Positions 29,486-37,304 of a stretch of 64,000 nucleotides of DNA are shown here, one piece after another. The notes below the pieces were generated by a model. That model made no database searches. It saw only the letters and a program-made list of their open reading frames with translations, and was not told where the DNA came from. Source of the stretch: Burkholderiales bacterium (GTDB taxonomy: Bacteria; Pseudomonadota; Gammaproteobacteria; Burkholderiales; JAEUOS01). How positions within the stretch are numbered: the stretch's first letter is position 1; each line of letters opens with the position of its first letter. Both the position numbers and the translations under genes were made by a program. The stretch lies in assembly GCA_965279115.1 (NCBI GenBank), contig OZ257137.1, positions 1,078,587-1,142,586 on the forward strand. Direction: 5' to 3'.

Positions 29486-30106
29486 ATGAAGACGACAACA
29501 CAAATCATCACCGGTCTGTCACTGGCATTGGGCGTCGCCGGTTGCGCTACCACCTCTGACGCGGAACTGACGCGACAGGCCGTCGAAGTGCTGCGGGCAT
29601 CCTTCAAGGAGCGCGGACAGGCGAAGCTTGACCGACTCAATCAGGACGAGCCCCAGGCTTTATGCAGCGCAAGCGACGGCAAGCCCCTGGACAAGGAGGC
29701 GCAGTCGAAGCTGGAGAACGCGCAACGCGCGCTGGTCCGCTACCCCGCCGACGGCAAGCTGCTCGGCGACTGGCGCCAGGGCGAACGCATCGCGCAATCC
29801 GGTGTCGGCAAGCAGTTTTCCGACAACCCGGCAAACCCGGCGGGCGGCAATTGCTACGCCTGCCACCAGATGAGCCCGCAGGAAATCTCCTACGGCACCA
29901 TCGGCCCGTCGTTGCTCGGGTACGGCAAGATGCGTGGCAATTCCGCCGCCATCCAGCAGTACACCTACAGCAAGATCTGGAACGCGCAGGCTTACAACGC
30001 CTGCTCCAACATGCCGCGCTTCGGTCACAACAACATCCTCACGGAACAGCAGGTCAAGGACGTCACCGCACTGTTGCTCGACCCGGATTCGCCCGTCAAC
30101 AAGTAG
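29486..30106 (+). CDS. soxX: SoxX monoheme cytochrome c with lipoprotein-type signal
   Basis: LALGVAGC lipobox. CYACH heme site followed by GTIGPSL. Confidence 0.85.
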   Translation: MKTTTQIITGLSLALGVAGCATTSDAELTRQAVEVLRASFKERGQAKLDRLNQDEPQALCSASDGKPLDKEAQSKLENAQRALVRYPADGKLLGDWRQGERIAQSGVGKQFSDNPANPAGGNCYACHQMSPQEISYGTIGPSLLGYGKMRGNSAAIQQYTYSKIWNAQAYNACSNMPRFGHNNILTEQQVKDVTALLLDPDSPVNK

Positions 30107-30169
30107 GCGGGCCCCGGCGGGCGCGTAATTCCCGCCCCGCCAGCACCGCCGCCACGCAAGAACTCCATC

Positions 30170-31915
30170 ATGAACCGCCGTGAATTCCTCAACCTGATCG
30201 CCGCCGCGTCCGCAAGCGGCCTGGCACTGGATGGCGGCGATGCGCTGGCAGTCAACCCGGCGGCCAGCCTGTACGACTTCAAGGCCTTCGGAAACGTGCA
30301 CTTGCTGCACTTCACCGACTGCCACGCCCAGTTGCTGCCCGTTTATTTCCGCGAACCGGATGTCAATCTCGGAGTCGGTGAAGCGGTCGGCCGACCGCCC
30401 CATCTGGTAGGCAATGCCCTGCTGGACTACTTCAAGATCAACCCGGCGATGACGCCGCGCGGTGCGGCGCGCGACCTGGCGCGAAATACGGCGCATGCGC
30501 TGACCTACCTCGACTTCGCCCGCGCGGCAAAGCTATACGGCAAGACCGGCGGCTTTGCCCACTTGGCCACGCTGGTCAAGAAGCTGCGCGCCGACCGCCC
30601 CGGCGCCCTCCTGCTGGACGGCGGCGACACCTGGCAAGGTTCGGCGACCGCCCTTTGGTCCAACGGACAGGACATGATTGACGCGTGCAAGCTGCTGGGC
30701 GTCGACGTGATGACCGGTCACTGGGAATTCACCCTCGGCGCGAAACGCGTTGAGGAAGTGGTTGCCAAGGATTTCAAGGGAAAAATCGATTTCGTGGCGC
30801 AAAACATCAAGACCGCCGACTTCGGCGATCCGGTTTTTCCCGCCTTCGTGATCAAGGAAATGAACGGTGTGGCGGTGGCAATCATCGGTCAGGCCTTCCC
30901 TTACACGCCCATCGCCAATCCGCGCCATATGGTGGCCGACTGGAACTTCGGTATCCAGGACGAAAACATGCAGAAAACGGTCAACGAAGCGCGTGCCAAG
31001 GGTGCTGCGGCGGTGATCGTCCTGTCGCACAACGGCATGGACGTCGACATCAAGATGGCCTCCCGCGTCACCGGCATCGACGCCATCATGGGTGGCCATA
31101 CCCACGACGGGGTGCCGCAACCGATCATCGTCAGGAACGCCGGCGGCCAAACGCTGGTCACCAATGCCGGCAGCAACACCAAGTTCCTGGGCGTGCTCGA
31201 CCTTGAGGTCAAGGGCGGGCGGGTGAGCGATTTCCGCTACAAGCTCTTGCCGGTGTTCTCCAATTACCTCAAGGCCGACGCGGAGATGCAGGCCCTGATC
31301 GACCGGGTGCGCGCGCCGCACCAGGCCAGACTGTCCGAAAAATTGGCGACAACCGAGGGCCTGCTTTATCGCCGCGGCAATTTCAATGGCACGCTCGACC
31401 AGGTGATTCTTGACGCACTGATGGAAGTCAAGGGCGCGCAGATCGCGTTTTCGCCCGGGTTCCGCTGGGGCACCAGCCTGCTACCCGGCCAGGCCATCAC
31501 CATGGACCACCTGATGGACCAGACCGCGATCACCTACCCCTACGTCACGCAGAACGAATTCACCGGCGAGCAGATCAAAACCATTCTCGAGGATGTGGGC
31601 GACAACCTGTTCAATCCCGATCCGTACTACCAGCAGGGCGGCGACATGGTGCGGGTGGGCGGCATGACCTATGCCTGTGATCCGAATGCGAAGATGGGCG
31701 GCCGCATCTCCGACATGCGCCTGGGCGGCAAGCCGCTCGAGGCGGACAAGAAATACAAGGTGGCGGGCTGGGCGCCAGTCGCCGAGGGCGCCTCCGGGCA
31801 GCCCATCTGGGACCTGGTCGCCGGATACATGCGCTCGAAAAAGGTGATCCAGCCTGTCAGGCTGAACCTGCCGCGCCTCACAGGCATGGCCGGCAACCCG
31901 GGAATTGCACGATGA
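30170..31915 (+). CDS. soxB: Thiosulfohydrolase SoxB (dimanganese 5'-nucleotidase-like)
   Basis: Tat signal MNRREFLNLIAAASASG. Metallophosphoesterase motifs (HFTDCH, GGDTWQG, GHWEF, SHNG, GGHTH). 581 aa. Confidence 0.93.
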   Translation: MNRREFLNLIAAASASGLALDGGDALAVNPAASLYDFKAFGNVHLLHFTDCHAQLLPVYFREPDVNLGVGEAVGRPPHLVGNALLDYFKINPAMTPRGAARDLARNTAHALTYLDFARAAKLYGKTGGFAHLATLVKKLRADRPGALLLDGGDTWQGSATALWSNGQDMIDACKLLGVDVMTGHWEFTLGAKRVEEVVAKDFKGKIDFVAQNIKTADFGDPVFPAFVIKEMNGVAVAIIGQAFPYTPIANPRHMVADWNFGIQDENMQKTVNEARAKGAAAVIVLSHNGMDVDIKMASRVTGIDAIMGGHTHDGVPQPIIVRNAGGQTLVTNAGSNTKFLGVLDLEVKGGRVSDFRYKLLPVFSNYLKADAEMQALIDRVRAPHQARLSEKLATTEGLLYRRGNFNGTLDQVILDALMEVKGAQIAFSPGFRWGTSLLPGQAITMDHLMDQTAITYPYVTQNEFTGEQIKTILEDVGDNLFNPDPYYQQGGDMVRVGGMTYACDPNAKMGGRISDMRLGGKPLEADKKYKVAGWAPVAEGASGQPIWDLVAGYMRSKKVIQPVRLNLPRLTGMAGNPGIAR

Positions 31916-32415
31916 AAATCTCCAAGCTATGGGCTGGTTTGCTCGCGTACGTCCTTGCTCAAGGGGCGAATGCCCAGCCTGCCGCCACGTTCAGCACGAA
32001 ACAGCTGACGCCGGAAACCGCCCTGACCGCCGCGCGCGCCGCGCTGGAGCATTGCCGCAAGGGTGGCTTCCAGGTGGCAGTAGCTGTCGTGGATCGCGCC
32101 GGCGTCACCCAGGTGCTGCTGCGCGACCGCTTCGGCGGCGCGCATACCGTGGAGGTGGCGACGAACAAGGCCTGGACCGCTGCCAGCTTTCGCATCAGCA
32201 CCACTGCCCTTGCTGCGGAAACACAGGCCGGCAAGCCGATGAGCGGCATTCGCGCGACACCGCGCGTGGCCGCCTTCGGCGGTGGCCTGCCGATCGAGGC
32301 TGGCGGCGCCGTGCTGGGCGCCATCGGCGTCTCGGGCGCTCCTGGCGGAGATGCGGACGACGCCTGCGCGCAGGCGGGCATCAAGGCCATCGCCGACGCC
32401 ATAGAGTTCCAGTAA
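31912..32415 (+). CDS. Periplasmic GlcG/HbpS-like (DUF336) putative heme-binding protein
   Basis: Signal peptide MKISKLWAGLLAYVLAQGANA. Motifs VAVVDRAG...A..KA.TA and GG.PI...G..LGAIGVSGAPGGD.DD.CA typical of DUF336. The start overlaps the soxB stop (ATGA). Confidence 0.75.
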   Translation: MKISKLWAGLLAYVLAQGANAQPAATFSTKQLTPETALTAARAALEHCRKGGFQVAVAVVDRAGVTQVLLRDRFGGAHTVEVATNKAWTAASFRISTTALAAETQAGKPMSGIRATPRVAAFGGGLPIEAGGAVLGAIGVSGAPGGDADDACAQAGIKAIADAIEFQ

Positions 32416-32417
32416 CC

Positions 32418-32900
32418 GTGCAGACCCGCCGCCAGATCCTCGTCGCCGCCGCCGGCACGCTGATCGCGGCCCCGGCAACCGCGGCATGGGAACCAGGCGA
32501 GGCGATACAACTCCCGCCGCTGACGCTGCTTGATGGCAAGACGTTCGATCCGGCAACCCTCAAGGGCAAGCTGGTGATGCTTCAATTCTGGGCCTCGTGG
32601 TGCCCGTTTTGCGCCAAGCAGAATCCGCATGTGGAATCCCTGCATCGTGCCCAGCAGGCGCACGGGCTGGAAGTGCTGGCGGTGTCGATCGACAAGACCA
32701 CGAAGGCGGCTTCAGACTACATGCGCGCGAGGGGCTACACCTTCCGAGCCGGCATGGTCAATCCGGCCTACGAACGCATCTATCGCCTGCGCCGCGGCTT
32801 GCCGCAGGTGTACGTGATCGGGCGCGACAGCAAGGTCGCAAGAATCGAACTGGGCGAGATGTTCGAAGACGACATCCGCGACATCGCAAAACTGCTCTGA
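32418..32900 (+). CDS. TlpA/SoxW-like periplasmic thiol:disulfide oxidoreductase
   Basis: GTG start 2 nt after the previous stop. N-terminus VQTRRQILVAAAG (Tat-like). WASWCPFC active site. Confidence 0.75.
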   Translation: MQTRRQILVAAAGTLIAAPATAAWEPGEAIQLPPLTLLDGKTFDPATLKGKLVMLQFWASWCPFCAKQNPHVESLHRAQQAHGLEVLAVSIDKTTKAASDYMRARGYTFRAGMVNPAYERIYRLRRGLPQVYVIGRDSKVARIELGEMFEDDIRDIAKLL

Positions 32901-32935
32901 CGCGGAACGGCTCGCCGCGTCCGCAAGCGGCGCCC

Positions 32936-34009
<1,074 letters not shown>

Positions 34010-34030
34010 TCAATCAGCGCGGGGGAATGT

Positions 34031-34070
34031 GGAAAAGAAAAAGGCGCTTCCGATGAACCGGAAGCGCCTT
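34031..34070 (-). terminator. Rho-independent terminator (minus strand) ending the hsp20 transcription unit
   Basis: 12-bp stem AAGGCGCTTCCG (34041-34052) / CGGAAGCGCCTT (34059-34070). On the minus strand it is followed by TTTTTCTTTTCC. Confidence 0.8.
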
Positions 34071-34245
34071 TGAAAAGTTGCGGGATCCAGCAGGGGAACC
34101 AGATCCCGCCCCGCCCACATCATCAAGTGCGGGAGGAGGTCGCACAAGACAACGCCACGCGAACGTGAAGGACGGGTGCCGGCGGTGTTTCAGGGGAAGG
34201 AGCCACCGCCAGCGTACTGCCCGTAAAAGCAGATAAAGCTTTGAG
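34071..34245 (-). ncRNA. Candidate CcsR/cuckoo-like sRNA or structured 3' UTR with C/U-rich anti-SD loops
   Basis: No ORF here. Three minus-strand hairpins: stems 34181-34187/34204-34210, 34127-34131/34141-34145 and 34080-34087/34102-34109. Their loops read GCUCCUUCCCCUGAAA, ACCUCCUCC (the exact CCUCCUCCC is the complement of 34131-34139) and UGGUUCCCCUGCUG. A terminator follows. Confidence 0.4.
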
Positions 34246-34674
34246 TTACTGCACCGTCAAAAGTTTCCGGGTTTCGACAACTTTTTTCGGCAGGGTCAAG
34301 GTCAGCACACCGTCCACATACTTGGCGACGGCATTTTCCTGATCGATTTCCACACCCAGTTCAAAGCTGCGAACCGCACGGCCGACCTGACGCTCCGTAT
34401 ACAAAATACGATCGCCTTCTGAAGCGCTACGCTCGCCCTTGGCTTCCGCCGTGATGGTGACACGCGCACCGTCGATCTCGACGGCGATGTCTTCCTTGCG
34501 AAAGCCCGGCAGATCGGCCGCTACCGAATAGCTCGCGCCCTGCTCGGTGACCTCGAAAGGAATCGCGCGGACGCTTGTCGCAGGCCGGGCACTGCGTTGC
34601 GCCAGCGCGCCCAGCACATCATTGAAGGCGGCATCGAAGGGGCTGCGGCGCGCATACGAATAAAGCATGGTCAT
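34246..34674 (-). CDS. Small heat-shock protein (Hsp20/alpha-crystallin family)
   Basis: Starts MTMLYSY with a GGAGA SD. Alpha-crystallin domain (YSVAADLPGFRKEDIAVEIDG..VTITAE...F.R.F.L...D...A.Y.DGVLTLTLPK). Confidence 0.9.
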   Translation of the reverse strand: MTMLYSYARRSPFDAAFNDVLGALAQRSARPATSVRAIPFEVTEQGASYSVAADLPGFRKEDIAVEIDGARVTITAEAKGERSASEGDRILYTERQVGRAVRSFELGVEIDQENAVAKYVDGVLTLTLPKKVVETRKLLTVQ

Positions 34675-34728
34675 GATCGTTTCTCCGTTGTCGAAATTTT
34701 TTTGCGGTGGACACCGCGATGCATACCA

Positions 34729-34756
34729 AGGTGGGCCCTGCAAGACTTTTTTCAAG
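34729..34756 (-). promoter_or_regulatory. Sigma-32 (RpoH)-type promoter upstream of hsp20
   Basis: The minus strand reads tCCCTCTTGAAaaaagtcttgcaggGCCCACCTt. -35 CTTGAA lies at 34751-34756, the spacer is 14 nt, and the -10 GCCCACCT at 34729-34736 is compared with consensus CCCCATNT. Confidence 0.5.
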
Positions 34757-34925
34757 AGGGAATTGCAGCGCATATGTGCGATGGAAAAGCCCGATTGCTG
34801 CGCAGTGGCGCAACGCGCCGCGTGGCGGCATGGCAAAACCGATCGAGCGCGTAGATATGGTCATGGGCCGGCTAATCAAGTGGCCTAAAATCGACGGCAT
34901 CGGCCTCGTTGCCGCCGCCAAATCC

Positions 34926-35129
34926 ATGCAAGTTCCCAGCCCCAATTTCGAGAATCCCGAACGCCTCGCCTGTGCGCGTTGCGGCACCATGCTGGAATGC
35001 GGCGCACGCAGTGCCGGACCATGCTGGTGCACTACCTTGCCCCCGCTGACGAAGGTTGACGCCAGTCTGAATGGCTGCATGTGCCCGACGTGCCTCGCCG
35101 ACGCGCTGGCACGACAGGGCAAACCATGA
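34926..35129 (+). CDS. Cysteine-rich CWC family protein
   Basis: CARCG...C...GPCWC...CMCPTC pattern. The start is uncertain; the ORF is open from 34707 but its 5' part overlaps the hsp20 promoter. Confidence 0.5.
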   Translation: MQVPSPNFENPERLACARCGTMLECGARSAGPCWCTTLPPLTKVDASLNGCMCPTCLADALARQGKP

Positions 35130-35238
35130 TCGGGATCGGTTTCTATACCGGTGCAATTCCGCTGGCGCGGGACACCGCAAGCGCCTTCCCGGGAAAGACC
35201 AGATTCATGAACGTCTGCGGGGCCGGAGGTCCTGGCGC

Positions 35239-36432
35239 ATGACGCGCACCCACTGGAAGGGCGCGATCGTGGCGCTGCTCTTGGGCGTGGTCGGCGCGAT
35301 ATACATCGGCAAGCTGCCGCCGGCTATCCCGGCGCTGCGCGACGAGTTCTCGCTCACGCTCGCGCAATCGGGATGGCTGGTCTCGGCCTTCAATACGCTT
35401 GGCATGGTCGCCTCGATCTTCATGGGGCTCTTCACCGCACGCGTAGGTGCTTGGCGACTCTGCATGGGCGGCCTGGGCTTTCTGGTGCTGGGAGGAGCGA
35501 TCGGCGCTTTCGCCCCGGGTGCGCAATGGCTGCTCGCAAGCCGATTTCTCGAGGGCGTGGGCTTTCTTTCCATCGTGGTGGCGGCGCCAGCACTGATCAT
35601 GCAATCCACCGCCCCGCAGGACCGCAATCGCATATTCAGCTTCTGGGGCGGCTACATGCCCACCGGCACCACGCTGGGCATGCTGCTGGCGCCCCTGTTG
35701 ATCCAGACCCTGGGCTGGCGCGCCCTGTGGCTTGCCACGGTCGCCTGCGCCTTGGCCGCGCTGCTGCTGCTGTATACCCTGCGCGGCGCCTATCACCCGC
35801 CGGCAGCCGCCGGCACCACGTCCTGGCGTGCCTCCGCCGGGCCGCTCAAATCCGCCGGCCCATGGTGGATCGCATTGGCCTTCGGCTGCTACGCATTCAA
35901 CTACTACGCCATCATGGTCTGGCTTCCCACCTTCATGGTAGGTGAGCGCAACACGCCACTCGGTGTGGCGTCGTTGCTCACGGCGCTGATGGTGGCGGCG
36001 AACATTCCCGGCAACCTGCTGGGCGGCGCACTCCTGCACCGCGGCTTCGCGCGCGGCACCAATGTTTGCCTGGCCGGATTGGTCACGGCGCTGACCTGCC
36101 TTGTGATCTTCTCACCCGCACTACCGGACTGGGCGCGCTATCTCGGTTGCGTCGCGTTTTCTTTCTCGGTGGGCATCCTGCCGGGTTCGGTGATGTCGTC
36201 TGCCCAGACCCACGCGCGCACGCCGGCGCAGGTGGGCACGGTGCAGGGCATGATCAACCAGGGGTCCAACTTCGGGCAGTTCGTGAGTCCGCCACTGGTA
36301 ACGGCAGTGGTCGGTGCCTCGATGGCCTGGGATCGTATGCTCGTTCTACTGCTTGCCACCAGCACGATCATCTTCATGTCCGGATGCGTCATCCGCGTGA
36401 TCGAGCGGGGCCTCGCCGCCGCCCGGCCGTAA
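35239..36432 (+). CDS. MFS transporter
   Basis: About 12 TM segments. Starts MTRTHWKGAIVALLLG. Typical MFS loop pattern. Confidence 0.85.
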   Translation: MTRTHWKGAIVALLLGVVGAIYIGKLPPAIPALRDEFSLTLAQSGWLVSAFNTLGMVASIFMGLFTARVGAWRLCMGGLGFLVLGGAIGAFAPGAQWLLASRFLEGVGFLSIVVAAPALIMQSTAPQDRNRIFSFWGGYMPTGTTLGMLLAPLLIQTLGWRALWLATVACALAALLLLYTLRGAYHPPAAAGTTSWRASAGPLKSAGPWWIALAFGCYAFNYYAIMVWLPTFMVGERNTPLGVASLLTALMVAANIPGNLLGGALLHRGFARGTNVCLAGLVTALTCLVIFSPALPDWARYLGCVAFSFSVGILPGSVMSSAQTHARTPAQVGTVQGMINQGSNFGQFVSPPLVTAVVGASMAWDRMLVLLLATSTIIFMSGCVIRVIERGLAAARP

Positions 36433-36527
36433 GGCCGCTGCGGACACTTTCTGCGGCTCGCATCCGGCCGGTAATCCATTGAAAAGGCGGTCTTTTCCAA
36501 TTTTTGCTGCATTGCATCAAAAACCTC

Positions 36528-36580
36528 TTGACTTGCCAACATTCGCCCATATAATTGAAATTGTTGCGATGCAGCAATTC
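36528..36580 (+). promoter_or_regulatory. Near-consensus sigma-70 promoter of the phasin gene, with an overlapping inverted repeat
   Basis: TTGACT (36528-36533), 16 nt spacer, TATAAT (36550-36555). Then AATTGTTGC-gat-GCAGCAATT (36559-36579, 8/9 complementary). A related TTGCTGC lies at 36504-36510. Confidence 0.6.
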
Positions 36581-36665
36581 AGCTTGAATCGCTCCCAGAG
36601 CACCCCGTCGCCGGATGCGTACCCGAGGCGACTTTCCAGAATCCGCCATCGAAAGGAATCTCACC

Positions 36666-37223
36666 ATGTACAGCACGCCCGACCAATTCGCCGCCGCCAG
36701 CAAAGCCGGCTTTGAAAGCTTCGTCAACGCCGCCTCCACTGGCATGAGCAGCTTTGAAAAGCTTGTCGAACTCAATGTTTCCAGCGCCAAGTCAATGTTC
36801 GACGAAGCCACCCAGAACGCCCGTGCCGCCTTGGCCGTAAAGGACGCCAAGGAACTCCTGGCATTCAACGTCGGCGCCGCGCAACCGGTGATCGAAAAAT
36901 CGCTCGCCTGGTCCAAGGAGGCCTTCGGCATCCTGAGCCAGGCCCAGGCGACCCTGCGCGCCAGTGCCGAAGAGCATGCCGCGGCCGCGCAAAAGGAATT
37001 CGCCGCCACGCTCGACAAGGCATTGAAGAGTGCGCCGCCCGGAACCGAAAGCGCGGTCGCGGCCTTGCGTTCAGCCGTCGCCGCCGCCACCTCCGCCTAT
37101 GACAACGCCGCCAAGGCGGCCAAGCAGGCTTTCGACACTGCCGAAAGCAGCTTCACCAGCGCCGCCTCGACCGCCGCAGCGAATGTCGCTGCCGCCACCA
37201 AGGCAGCGTCCAAGCGCAAGTAA
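36666..37223 (+). CDS. phaP: Phasin family protein (PHA granule-associated)
   Basis: Starts MYSTPDQFAAASKAGFESF. Ala-rich amphipathic helices typical of betaproteobacterial PhaP. SD GAAAGGAA. Confidence 0.85.
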   Translation: MYSTPDQFAAASKAGFESFVNAASTGMSSFEKLVELNVSSAKSMFDEATQNARAALAVKDAKELLAFNVGAAQPVIEKSLAWSKEAFGILSQAQATLRASAEEHAAAAQKEFAATLDKALKSAPPGTESAVAALRSAVAAATSAYDNAAKAAKQAFDTAESSFTSAASTAAANVAAATKAASKRK

Positions 37224-37256
37224 GCCACAAGCATCAGATCTCCTCGCAACACCTTC

Positions 37257-37285
37257 AAGCCCGGCCTTGCGCCGGGCTTTTTTTC
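37257..37285 (+). terminator. Rho-independent terminator after phaP
   Basis: GCCCGGC (37259-37265) / GCCGGGC (37271-37277), then TTTTTTT. Confidence 0.8.
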
Positions 37286-37304
37286 GCCCCGCGCTCGCGA
37301 AGGC

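Noticed and set aside
31905-32417. The 5' extension of the 331-aa ORF that ends as the TlpA-like thioredoxin.
   Set aside because: The extension overlaps the DUF336 gene in another frame and is Arg/Gly-rich. A GTG at 32418, followed by a Tat-like TRRQIL signal, gives a sensible protein.
34080-34210. On the plus strand the hsp20 downstream region shows multiple GGA motifs in hairpin loops (CAGGGGAA, GGGAGGAGG, AAGGA, AGGGGAAGGAG), reminiscent of CsrA/RsmA-sequestering RsmY/RsmZ-type sRNAs.
   Set aside because: The only intrinsic terminator has its U-run on the minus strand and would lie at the 5' end of a plus-strand RNA. No plus-strand promoter or terminator is evident. The minus-strand reading (a CCUCCUCCC anti-SD RNA behind hsp20) is more coherent. 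It remains a formal alternative.
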